A DNA stretch of 64,000 nt. Source: an uncultured Clostridium sp. (GTDB taxonomy: Bacteria; Bacillota; Clostridia; Lachnospirales; Lachnospiraceae). Positions 41,319 through 50,248 of the stretch are shown here, piece after piece. A program made the translations under genes and the position numbers. Below the pieces are notes generated by a model. The model worked only from the letters and a program-made list of their open reading frames with translations. It was not told the DNA's origin and searched no databases. The stretch spans positions 2,107-66,106 of the forward strand of contig CAZAEC010000011.1 in the NCBI GenBank assembly GCA_964484055.1, written 5' to 3'. Position 1 is the stretch's first letter. Each line of letters begins with the position of its first letter.

Positions 41319-41347
41319 ATAATAACAACTTTTTATATCATTGTCAA
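41319..41347 (-). promoter_or_regulatory. SigA promoter of ilvN-ilvC
   Basis: TTGACA-17 bp-TATTAT on the minus strand. Confidence 0.7.
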
Positions 41348-41362
41348 CACTTTATTCACGCA

Positions 41363-41391
41363 TTGATTAAAATATCGCAATATACTATAAT
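41363..41391 (+). promoter_or_regulatory. SigA promoter, back-to-back with the ilvN promoter
   Basis: TTGATT-17 bp-TATAAT. Confidence 0.7.
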
Positions 41392-41397
41392 ATATTC

Positions 41398-41570
41398 TAA
41401 GGGGCGACTCTGTACTTCATTGGCGTGCAGACAGAGTTTCTTTTACATGAACCACATTCATACAAAAGCGGGTACCCCTTTCGATTTAATAACCAGCAAG
41501 ACTCGTATACCCTTCTTTGGATGCTCTTGCAAATACAATTATACGGATTTCCTCTAATCTGTCCCCCCTA
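41398..41570 (+). ncRNA. Candidate structured ncRNA or long 5' leader (family not recognised)
   Basis: Begins at the expected start site of the 41363 promoter; several hairpins visible by eye; no convincing ORF. Confidence 0.35.
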
Positions 41571-41677
41571 AAAACCCAAAAATTGATAGGATACAACAAA
41601 AAATTATTGCATTTTTTCATTTTTTGACATTATAGCGAAAACAGACAGGATGTCCAAAACAACACCAAGGAGGAACT

Positions 41678-43006
41678 ATGAAAAGAATCACAACAACATT
41701 TTTAACCGGACTGCTTTTGCTGTCGCTACTTATCGGGTGTTCCAAAAAATCAAATTTAGACCCCGAAAATCCAGTCACATTAACGATGTGGCATGTATAC
41801 GGCGAACAAGCAGATTCCCCAATGAATCGTTTGGTAGAAGAATTTAACCGTACTACTGGTAAAGAAAAAGGAATCATTATTAATGTCTCCTTAATGTCCT
41901 CTACTTCACAAATCGGAGAAAAGCTCCTTGCTGCGCAAAACAGCGAAGCTGGTGCTATGAAAATGCCCGATTTATTTTTCTGTCATAACAATAATGTCCA
42001 AGAATTAGGCTCTGACATTTTACTCAATTGGCAGGATATCTTCACAGAAGAAGAGCTTGAAAATTATGTTCCTGAATTTTTAGAAGATGGTATGGTAGAT
42101 GATAATTTATCATTATTTCCTATTTCAAAATCTACCCACTTACTCTTTATTGCAGGAACCCAGTTTGATCGTTTTTCAAACGCGACTGGCGTAACCTACG
42201 ATTCGCTCTCTACATGGGATGGATTCTTTGACGCAGCTGAAAAGTATTATGAATATTCGAACGGAAAACCATTTTGTGCATTGGACTATTTAATCCGTGC
42301 AGTTGAACTAAATGCAATTGAAAAGGGAGGTCACGACTTCTACACAGAAGACGGGTGGTATGACTTTGAAAACGAAGTCTTCAAAGCGTCTTGGTTAGAA
42401 TTTGCCGAAGCCATTGCCAAAGGACATATCATTGTTTCCGATCTCTACTCCAACACACAGGTAATGACAGGTGAGGTCATAGCAGGACTTGGTTCATCCG
42501 CATCTATCCTTTATTATAATGATACAGTAACCTACCCTGACAACACCTCAGAACCAATGGATTTACAGATCTTACCACCACCTTCAGCCAATAATGCCGA
42601 TCTACTGATTACACAAGCAGGACCAGGGCTTTGTGCCTTAAAAACCACCGATCAAAATGCCGAAGCTGCTGCTGTATTCGCACGTTGGCTGACTGAAGCT
42701 GAACGCAACCTTGCATTTTGCGTTGAAACAGGTTATATGCCTGTAAATAAAGACTCCTTTGATAAAATACATGATTATGAATTCGAATCGGATGCATATA
42801 AAAATTTGTTTCATGCTATTAACACAGTTAATGAAACAGCAACTGCTGTTCGCGAGCCTTGTTTCGCAGGATATTACACTAAAATCTATTCTTTGTATGA
42901 CTCTCTGCGCGAGGTGCAAAAGACCATGCCAAATCGTTATAAAAACGGAGAAAATGCAGACATTTTATCAAATGAGCTTTGGAAACTATTCAAGAACATT
43001 GAATAA
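41678..43006 (+). CDS. Extracellular solute-binding lipoprotein (ABC sugar-binding/CUT1-like fold)
   Basis: Lipobox LLIGC (Cys21), VTLTMWH..G, LVEEFN, PDLF, TWDGFFDAAEK, TGYMPV motifs typical of this family. Confidence 0.85.
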   Translation: MKRITTTFLTGLLLLSLLIGCSKKSNLDPENPVTLTMWHVYGEQADSPMNRLVEEFNRTTGKEKGIIINVSLMSSTSQIGEKLLAAQNSEAGAMKMPDLFFCHNNNVQELGSDILLNWQDIFTEEELENYVPEFLEDGMVDDNLSLFPISKSTHLLFIAGTQFDRFSNATGVTYDSLSTWDGFFDAAEKYYEYSNGKPFCALDYLIRAVELNAIEKGGHDFYTEDGWYDFENEVFKASWLEFAEAIAKGHIIVSDLYSNTQVMTGEVIAGLGSSASILYYNDTVTYPDNTSEPMDLQILPPPSANNADLLITQAGPGLCALKTTDQNAEAAAVFARWLTEAERNLAFCVETGYMPVNKDSFDKIHDYEFESDAYKNLFHAINTVNETATAVREPCFAGYYTKIYSLYDSLREVQKTMPNRYKNGENADILSNELWKLFKNIE

Positions 43007-43020
43007 GGCGGTGACGGACA

Positions 43021-44661
43021 ATGAAGAGATCTAACGCTAGTAATAAGCAAACCTTAAAACGAAGACTCTTCTGTTATATGTGTATTTTAGCATTGCTGTT
43101 ATGTGCGCTATTAGTTGCCGGACTATTTCTTATAGGCAGCTTTACCGGCACCAAACAGCGCGTAGCCGAAACGCTTGAATTTCAGACTGAACTATTTGAA
43201 AAACAAATAGACTCTTATTACGAAAGTCTTGCTGTAATGAGTGTTCAACTCTCATATAATACGATTGAAGTCTTAGAAAATTATCTTGACACTAACCAGC
43301 TTGCTTTTGAGGATTTAAATAATTCAGAAACGTACATTGAAAATTTACAAGAACAATTAATCGAACCCCTACAGCACAAGCTGTGGGAGGCAGATTGTAC
43401 TGGTGCATTTCTCATGTTGGAAGCACAGGTTAATTCAAATATAGAAAATGCAAAGACTTCTCGCACTGGTATTTATCTTCAGCGTAATAGTTTAGAAGTT
43501 ACCGATACTCGTGTTCTTCTTTATCGAGGACTTTCCAAAGTCGGTAAAAACCATAACTGTATGCCACACCGAAAATGGAGATTGGAATTCAGCACGGATT
43601 TATTTCCGAATTATGATGACTTAAAAGCCGAGGCAGCTTTTCCTCTGAACCAAAGCTATCGCATTTCGGATGTAGTACTTCTTCCCGGTACTGATCAGCA
43701 TGTTATGCTGATGACTGTTCCAATCCTATCGGAGGACGGAACATTTTATGGACTTTGCGGTTTTGAACTAAACGAAGGATATTTTAAACAGATTTTTGCA
43801 CAGCCTTCCGAATTAGATCATGTCATTTTCTGTATTTCCACAAACAGTGATGAACCAAACCTATCAGAATCTACAACACTCTGTGCCGGTGTTTTAAATG
43901 AATATTATTTAGAACCATACGATAATTTTACTACAAAATCTTTTGGTAGCGGACTTACCGAATACCAAGGTGAAAATGAAGCCTATGTCGGTATCACAAA
44001 AGATATTTGGCTCTGTCCCTGCGAACACGCCTCTGCAATGAGTGTGCTGATACCTAAACATGATTACGAACGCATGTTATCTACTGATACATTGCGTGTA
44101 ATTCTACTGATCATTGCATTTTCAATTTCTGCTATTGGACTTTCCCTGTTCTTTGCAAGACAATATATAAAACCCATAAAGAACGCACTTGACAGTATCC
44201 ACAAAAAAGAATATATATACAACATTGCAGATACTGCAGAGATTAAAGATTTGTTTGCATTTCTAGCTGAACAAGATCGTATCAACGAAGAAGAATTAAA
44301 TCGACTTCGTCGCGAAAAAGCAGATGCTGTGACTGCTACAAATGAACTTCAAAGCAAATTCAATGAAACTGAAATGCAAAACAAACGCCTTGCATATTCC
44401 CGCAAAACAGAAATTGATCCTTATGATTATGAAAATTTCAAAAACAACCTTTCTATGTTAACCGCAAAGGAACAAGAAGTTTTCAACTTTTATATGCAAG
44501 GAAAAACAGTAAAAGAAATTATTGCCGCTTTAGGATTAAAAGAATCTACTGTTCGTTTTCACAACAAAAATATTTATTCAAAATTAGGAGTACACTCACT
44601 CAAACAACTGCTTAGATATGCGGCCGTCTTAAAGCAAGAAGAAGACGATACATCAGAATAA
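43021..44661 (+). CDS. Membrane-spanning sensor with a C-terminal LuxR-type HTH (one-component regulator)
   Basis: Two hydrophobic helices flanking a ~320-aa segment; C-terminal LTAKEQEVF....QGKTVKEIIAALGLKESTVRFHNKNIYSKLGV. Confidence 0.85.
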   Translation: MKRSNASNKQTLKRRLFCYMCILALLLCALLVAGLFLIGSFTGTKQRVAETLEFQTELFEKQIDSYYESLAVMSVQLSYNTIEVLENYLDTNQLAFEDLNNSETYIENLQEQLIEPLQHKLWEADCTGAFLMLEAQVNSNIENAKTSRTGIYLQRNSLEVTDTRVLLYRGLSKVGKNHNCMPHRKWRLEFSTDLFPNYDDLKAEAAFPLNQSYRISDVVLLPGTDQHVMLMTVPILSEDGTFYGLCGFELNEGYFKQIFAQPSELDHVIFCISTNSDEPNLSESTTLCAGVLNEYYLEPYDNFTTKSFGSGLTEYQGENEAYVGITKDIWLCPCEHASAMSVLIPKHDYERMLSTDTLRVILLIIAFSISAIGLSLFFARQYIKPIKNALDSIHKKEYIYNIADTAEIKDLFAFLAEQDRINEEELNRLRREKADAVTATNELQSKFNETEMQNKRLAYSRKTEIDPYDYENFKNNLSMLTAKEQEVFNFYMQGKTVKEIIAALGLKESTVRFHNKNIYSKLGVHSLKQLLRYAAVLKQEEDDTSE

Positions 44662-44662
44662 C

Positions 44663-44722
44663 AAAAAGGGAGTATCACTCTGCAACGAATAATTTTCATT
44701 CATCACAGCATGATACTCCCTT
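44663..44722. repeat. Palindromic ~60-bp element, copy 1 (probable bidirectional terminator)
   Basis: AAGGGAGTATCA ... TGATACTCCCTT arms; similar to 61281-61340. Confidence 0.75.
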
Positions 44723-44772
44723 AAAATATTATGTAATATATTTATTTAAGAAACTTTGTGTATCATCTATAT

Positions 44773-46581
44773 CTAAAGCCCCATCTTTTCAGCAATATCA
44801 TTCAGATAGACCCATCGATCCATCTTTTCTTCTAATTCTGCCTCTTTTTTCGCCTTTTCCTCGATCAATTCGGATAACTTTTTAGAGTTTGTTGAATTTT
44901 TTATCATATCTTCATCTAATTTCTCAATTGCAGATTCTAATTTAGCGATCACTTCATCAATCGTGTCATACTCTCTTTGTTCGTTAAATGTAAACTTCAA
45001 TTTTTGTGTATTATTTTGTTTCCAATCCTTTTTCCCGGACTTTTCTTTAACAGCTACTGTCTGTACTTGTGACATAGGCTTCTTCTGTGTTGCAGCAAGA
45101 TAATCACTATATCCCCCTTCGTACTGACGAAGCTTTCCATTTTCTTCAAACGCAAAAATACGATCCACCACATTATCCAAGAAATATCGGTCATGAGATA
45201 CTGTGATCACAATACCTACAAAAGAATTCAAATAATCTTCTAAGATCGTTAGTGTTGGAATATCCAGATCATTCCCCGGTTCGTCAAAGATCAAACAGTT
45301 CGGAGCCTGTGCCAAAACACTAAGAAGATAAAGTCTCTTTTTCTCTCCGCCAGATAATTTTTCAATCGGTGCATACTGCATCTCTGGTGTAAAAAGAAAA
45401 CGTTCCAACATCTTGGATGCCGAAATCTTTCCATCTCTTGTCGGAATATATTCTGCCACATCTTTTACATAATCAATCACTCTTTGATTACTGTTCATTC
45501 CCGGTACTTCCTGCGCAAAATACGCCACTTTTACAGTTTCTCCAATTTCTACACTTCCACTATCCGGTTCGATCAGACCTGCAATGATCTTCATCAATGT
45601 TGATTTACCACATCCATTTGGCCCAATAAATCCCACTCTTTGATTTTTCAATACAATATAATCAAAATCATCGATCAGTTTTTTCTCTCCATACCCTTTA
45701 CTAATATGGTGAAGCTCAACTGTTTTTTTACCCATACGTGTTTCTATCGATTCTGCCTGTACAACCTGATCAGACTGCGGAGCTGACGCATTTTTCAAAT
45801 CTTCTAATCTTTCCAAACGCGCTTTTTGCTTTGTCGTTCTTGCACGACATCCTCTCTTCGCCCACTCAATTTCCATACGCAGGATACTCTGTCTTTTTCT
45901 TTCAGAGGCTAATTCCATCTCTTCACGCTGTGCTTTTAACTCAAGAAATCCTGAATAATTCGACTCATAACTATACATATTTCCACGACTGATTTCTAAA
46001 ATCTTATTCGTTACTTTATCAAGGAAATATCGGTCATGTGTTACCATGATCACAACGCCTCTATAACGCTTCAGGTAATCTTCCAGCCATTCCAACATTG
46101 CATTATCCAAATGGTTTGTTGGTTCGTCCAAAAGCAACACATCAGAAGAAGATACCAATATCTTTGCCAAGGCAACTTTTTTCTTTTGTCCACCTGAAAG
46201 ATGTTCGATCAGACTCTCCTGCTCTGTGATCCCAAGCTCATTTAAGATTGTCTTTGCCTCACTTTCAGCGCTCCAATCTGTATCATCAATTCCTTCCATC
46301 ATATAAGAAAGAATTGTACGTTCTTTCTCCAAACCTTTTTCTTCCGTTTCCGTAATCCCTTCTTGTGAAAGATATGCAATCTTCAATCCATTCTGTCGAA
46401 TGATCTGTCCCTCATCTGGTTCCTCAATTCCTGCAATCATTTTTAACAATGTACTCTTTCCTGTACCATTGATTCCAACAATCCCTATCTTGTCATTCTC
46501 CTGTATTCCAAATGATGCATCATCGAATATCTTTTTTTCTCCATATATTTTACTGATATGTTCTATATTTAAAATGTTCAT
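44773..46581 (-). CDS. ABC-F family ATPase (Uup/YfmR-like)
   Basis: Two ABC domains (GINGTGKS, LSGGQ, LLLDE; GPNGCGKS, LSGGE, FDEP), no TM helices, C-terminal coiled coil. Confidence 0.92.
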   Translation of the reverse strand: MNILNIEHISKIYGEKKIFDDASFGIQENDKIGIVGINGTGKSTLLKMIAGIEEPDEGQIIRQNGLKIAYLSQEGITETEEKGLEKERTILSYMMEGIDDTDWSAESEAKTILNELGITEQESLIEHLSGGQKKKVALAKILVSSSDVLLLDEPTNHLDNAMLEWLEDYLKRYRGVVIMVTHDRYFLDKVTNKILEISRGNMYSYESNYSGFLELKAQREEMELASERKRQSILRMEIEWAKRGCRARTTKQKARLERLEDLKNASAPQSDQVVQAESIETRMGKKTVELHHISKGYGEKKLIDDFDYIVLKNQRVGFIGPNGCGKSTLMKIIAGLIEPDSGSVEIGETVKVAYFAQEVPGMNSNQRVIDYVKDVAEYIPTRDGKISASKMLERFLFTPEMQYAPIEKLSGGEKKRLYLLSVLAQAPNCLIFDEPGNDLDIPTLTILEDYLNSFVGIVITVSHDRYFLDNVVDRIFAFEENGKLRQYEGGYSDYLAATQKKPMSQVQTVAVKEKSGKKDWKQNNTQKLKFTFNEQREYDTIDEVIAKLESAIEKLDEDMIKNSTNSKKLSELIEEKAKKEAELEEKMDRWVYLNDIAEKMGL

Positions 46582-46755
46582 CCTAGTCACCTCATCTTAC
46601 ATCATATTTTAATATGATCTCTCTGATAATTCATAATGATATAAGATTTTTATACTGCTGTCAAAGGATTCTTAAATTTCTCTAACTTCACTTGTCTTCT
46701 CTCCGAAAATGTTATACTATATAAGGCATTAATAAAATTTTTAAAGGAGATTTTC

Positions 46756-47586
46756 ATGAGTCCAAAAAAGAAAAAATCAATAGATCTCATCGATCATTTC
46801 GGAAATGATTTCGAAGTTTCATATGAAGATGAAATACCTCTTACATATAAGATAGAACCAGACCCTCGTCGTAAAAAGAAGAAAAAGGATGGTGGTCCCA
46901 ACGTAATGAATGTCAGTTCTGACACAATTTACGCCTCTCGATCTAAACACCAAATAACAAAACAAAGTTTTAAACCATCCTTTGAAGAGGAATCATATGA
47001 CGATGAGGATAACGATTATTATGATGAGGACTATGATCAATCATACCGTTCTTCCCAAAAACGAAAACATAAAAAAATGACTCCAATCGCTGCACCGATC
47101 AAAAAAAGCACAAAAGCTGCTTATAGCTTGATTCAAACACTACTCAGAAATCTTTCCCTTGTTTTGATCCTGGCGATCATCGTATATATGGCACTTAATT
47201 TTATAAAAGGAAGCATCCCATACGGTAATATCGAAGAAGAACTCCACACGCAAGATTTCTCCTACAAACTTGTCGGATATTTCACGGTTGTTGCCAGCTT
47301 AATCCTTTATGAACTTTTATCAGCTCTTTGGACAATGTCCAAAGCACGTGTAAGAGATCAATATGGTCGACACAAGGAAGATGTTGGAAGAGGTTTATTT
47401 TCTTTCATTCTCATTTATCTCTGCTCGTACGCATCCTTTTTACTAAGCAGTTATATTCCAGAGACACATGATGTAGTACTTGGCATTCAAGGAGCTTTAA
47501 CTGTATTTGGCGCAATGCACAACGGTTTGTTTGGCATATGCATCGCAGGTGTCATCTCCTGTCTGCTAAGAAAATATCATTTATAA
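46756..47586 (+). CDS. Hypothetical membrane protein with a charged N-terminal half and 3-4 C-terminal hydrophobic helices
   Basis: AAGGAGA RBS, strong downstream terminator, hydrophobic segments; no family recognised. Confidence 0.75.
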   Translation: MSPKKKKSIDLIDHFGNDFEVSYEDEIPLTYKIEPDPRRKKKKKDGGPNVMNVSSDTIYASRSKHQITKQSFKPSFEEESYDDEDNDYYDEDYDQSYRSSQKRKHKKMTPIAAPIKKSTKAAYSLIQTLLRNLSLVLILAIIVYMALNFIKGSIPYGNIEEELHTQDFSYKLVGYFTVVASLILYELLSALWTMSKARVRDQYGRHKEDVGRGLFSFILIYLCSYASFLLSSYIPETHDVVLGIQGALTVFGAMHNGLFGICIAGVISCLLRKYHL

Positions 47587-47603
47587 CAAAACTACATAAA
47601 ATC

Positions 47604-47660
47604 AAAAGCTGTAACTTTCATAGGCCTCATACACCACCACTTGAAAGTTACAGCTTTTTT
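47604..47660 (+). terminator. Terminator, 17-bp perfect inverted repeat
   Basis: AAAAGCTGTAACTTTCA / TGAAAGTTACAGCTTTT with a 21-nt loop. Confidence 0.8.
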
Positions 47661-47724
47661 ATATTTCTCATATCACCAAACAGTTTAACACTTCATTCTA
47701 AGAAAGCGATAATCCCCCCAAAAA

Positions 47725-47766
47725 CAAAAAAAGCATCTCAAGTCATTTCCGACTCAAGATACTCTT
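47725..47766 (-). terminator. Terminator after rplT
   Basis: AGTATCTTGAGTC-ggaaat-GACTTGAGATGCT followed by a T run (G-U pairs in stem). Confidence 0.7.
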
Positions 47767-47782
47767 TCATTCCAACTTTTAA

Positions 47783-48139
47783 TTAAGCAAGTTTAGCTTT
47801 TGCAACTTCTGCAAGTGTAGCAAATGCTTCTTTATCGTTTACTGCTAATTCTGCAAGCATTTTTCTGTTCATGTCAACATTAGCAAGTTTAAGACCATAC
47901 ATGAATTTGCTGTATGAAAGTCCGTTCATTCTTGCTGCAGCGTTGATACGAGCGATCCAAAGCTGACGCATCTGACGTTTGCGCTGTTTTCTTCCTGCGT
48001 ATGCAGATGTGAGTGCTCTCATAACAGACTGTTTTGCAACTCTATACTGTTTAGAACGAGCTCCTCTATAACCTTTAGCTAATTTTAATGTTCTATTATG
48101 TTTTTTCTTTGCGTTTAATCCGCCTTTAATTCTTGCCAT
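47783..48139 (-). CDS. rplT: 50S ribosomal protein L20
   Basis: [40 protein letters not shown]. Confidence 0.98.
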   Translation of the reverse strand: MARIKGGLNAKKKHNRTLKLAKGYRGARSKQYRVAKQSVMRALTSAYAGRKQRKRQMRQLWIARINAAARMNGLSYSKFMYGLKLANVDMNRKMLAELAVNDKEAFATLAEVAKAKLA

Positions 48140-48178
48140 TTCTTAATCCTCCTAAATACTATAACCAACTACCAAATC

Positions 48179-48376
48179 TTACAGATATGGTAATACTTTC
48201 TTCATGCTCTTTACATTTGTTGAATCGATGATTGCTGATTTTCTAAGATTTCTTTTTCTCTTAGTGCTTTTCTTTGTTAAGATATGGCTCTTGTAAGCTT
48301 TATTTCTTTTCAGTAATCCTGTACCTGTTTTTTTGAAGCGCTTTGCTGCTGCTCTATTTGTTTTAATTTTTGGCAT
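48179..48376 (-). CDS. rpmI: 50S ribosomal protein L35
   Basis: [33 protein letters not shown]. Confidence 0.98.
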   Translation of the reverse strand: MPKIKTNRAAAKRFKKTGTGLLKRNKAYKSHILTKKSTKRKRNLRKSAIIDSTNVKSMKKVLPYL

Positions 48377-48436
48377 GATAATTTCCTCCTTTAATATGCT
48401 TGTGCCAATACTGAACTAAATGTCCGTATTATATTT

Positions 48437-48943
48437 TTAACGTTTTACAGTTAAAACCATACTCATGTTGCGGCCTTCCATCTTAGCCGGTTTTTCAACT
48501 GCTGCTACATCTTTCAGCAAATCTGCGAAATCATCAAGAATATGTTTGCTCTGCTGAACGTGTGCCATTTCTCTTCCACGGAAACGAAGTGTAACTTTTA
48601 CTTTATTTCCTTTTTCGATAAATTTCTTCGCATTATTGACCTTTGTATTCAAATCATTTGTATCAATATTCGGTGATAAGCGAACTTCTTTTACCTCAAC
48701 GGTTTTCTGCTTTTTCTTTGCTTCTTTTTCTTTTCTAGTTAATTCATACTTATATTTTCCGTAATCGATGATCTTGCATACCGGCGGTTTTGCTGTCGGT
48801 GCGATCTTAACCAGATCAAGCTCTGCTTCCTGAGCCAGCTTGTATGCTTCTCTAGCAGACATAATTCCTAACTGTTCCCCACTCTCGCTGATCAGACGAA
48901 CTTCTTTATCTCTGATCTGCTCGTTAATCATTAATTCGCTAAT
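48437..48943 (-). CDS. infC: Translation initiation factor IF-3 (non-canonical ATT start)
   Basis: INEQIR..EVRLI, PPVCKIIDYGKYKYE, VKVTLRFRGRE; GGAGGT RBS 8 nt before an in-frame ATT at 48943. Confidence 0.96.
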   Translation of the reverse strand: MSELMINEQIRDKEVRLISESGEQLGIMSAREAYKLAQEAELDLVKIAPTAKPPVCKIIDYGKYKYELTRKEKEAKKKQKTVEVKEVRLSPNIDTNDLNTKVNNAKKFIEKGNKVKVTLRFRGREMAHVQQSKHILDDFADLLKDVAAVEKPAKMEGRNMSMVLTVKR

Positions 48944-49022
48944 TGTTGTATACCTCCATCAAATGAATTTCCTTTAGGTCTCGTTCCTATCATTCTGAAA
49001 AATCAAACCGATTCTTCTCACG

Positions 49023-49163
49023 CAAAAAGCGGGCAGATAATCATTATCCACCCGCTAAACATCATACGCATGCAATCATACGCTATCTGTCAATATCAAA
49101 CCAATAGTCACTCTTTTGTGCTATGGTGAGAGTGGATACTCTTCTTTCTTTTCGCCTCACGCA
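49023..49163 (-). promoter_or_regulatory. L20 leader (infC-rpmI-rplT attenuator)
   Basis: AAGAAG..TATCCACTCTCACC 5' motif and AGCGGGTGGATAA..TTATCTGCCCGCT-TTTT terminator, after a TTGACA-17-TATAGT promoter. Confidence 0.8.
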
Positions 49164-49216
49164 ATGACTACTATAACGCATCCGCATTAAAATGTCAATA
49201 CTATTTTTCTACTTTT

Positions 49217-50086
49217 TTATCTTTTTTCTCCCATACAAAATACAGAGAGTACACCAGGGCCTGTATGACCACCGATTACTGTTCCAATGTTATTAATAAA
49301 TATATTATCAATTCCCATTTTTTTACGAACGATCTCCGCTAATGCTTCCGCATCTTCAATACAATCACCATGAGTGATCATTACAATATCATTCACATCT
49401 TCCCAACCTTTTGACTGTTCCACTGCCATATCAACGATTCGGTTCATCGCTTTTTTACGTCCACGTTCTTTTGCTATAACTTCAAGTTTTCCTTCATCAT
49501 TCATAACAATGATCGGTTTAATCTTCACAATTGATCCCAATACTGCACTTGTCTTAGAAAGACGTCCACCTCGATGTAAGTGATCAAGACTATCGATCGT
49601 TACATTATGCATAACGTGAAGTTTATTCTCTTCTGCCCACTGTGCTGCTTCTTCGATCGTCTTACCAGCAGCTTTCTGTTTCAATACATGGTGAAGTAAA
49701 ACTGCCTCTCCTAGGCAAGCACAAAGCGTATCTACGATTATAATCTTCGCCTCTGGATATTCTTCTCTCAGCTCTTCTGCTGCAAGTCGCATACTATTGT
49801 ATGTTCCGCTAAGCGCTGACGAAAATGCAAGATGCAGGATATCTTTTCCTTCTTTCAAAATTGGTTCCATCATTTCTCTTGCACCTTCTGGGTTCACCTG
49901 ACTTGTAACCGCCATTTTTCCTTCACGCAGTTTTTCAAAAAATTCTTTGCTTGAAAGCCCCTGCATATCCACATAAGTTTCATTATCAATTGTATATTTT
50001 AATGGTGCAACTTTTACACCACGTTCTTCCAACCACTCCATTGGCACATCAACCGTGCTATTTACTGTAACCACATAATCTCTCAT
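49217..50086 (-). CDS. DegV family fatty-acid-binding protein
   Basis: NSTVD, TSQVNP, FSSALSGTYNS, VDTLCACLGE, HRGGRLS, IGGHTGPG. Confidence 0.93.
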   Translation of the reverse strand: MRDYVVTVNSTVDVPMEWLEERGVKVAPLKYTIDNETYVDMQGLSSKEFFEKLREGKMAVTSQVNPEGAREMMEPILKEGKDILHLAFSSALSGTYNSMRLAAEELREEYPEAKIIIVDTLCACLGEAVLLHHVLKQKAAGKTIEEAAQWAEENKLHVMHNVTIDSLDHLHRGGRLSKTSAVLGSIVKIKPIIVMNDEGKLEVIAKERGRKKAMNRIVDMAVEQSKGWEDVNDIVMITHGDCIEDAEALAEIVRKKMGIDNIFINNIGTVIGGHTGPGVLSVFCMGEKR

Positions 50087-50248
50087 TTATAGTTCTCCTC
50101 CCGTTATAGAAACATATAATTCATACTATTTTGCGTTACATCGTTTTTTTAACTACATGTCGTTTTATCCGCATTACTTATATATCATATCATTGTTTCC
50201 ACATTTATGCAAAACCTTTTTCTTCTATTTCTATAACAACAAAAGAGA

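Noticed and set aside
41399-41500. TPP riboswitch or T-box reading of the ilvN-SBP intergenic structure (GGGG...TACCCCTT...TTAATAACCAGC; GGGGTACCCGC on the minus strand)
   Set aside because: The CTGAGA and CCTGAT cores of TPP are missing; the T-box UGGNACC bulge is imperfect and no Stem I motifs are present.
44773-46581. Antibiotic-resistance ABC-F (Vga/Lsa/OptrA type)
   Set aside because: The architecture with a C-terminal coiled coil fits housekeeping Uup/YfmR-like ABC-F, and I recognised no leader peptide or attenuator.
50145-50170. Short direct repeat TACAT(GT)CGTTTT upstream of degV
   Set aside because: Only two degenerate copies and no cognate regulator nearby.
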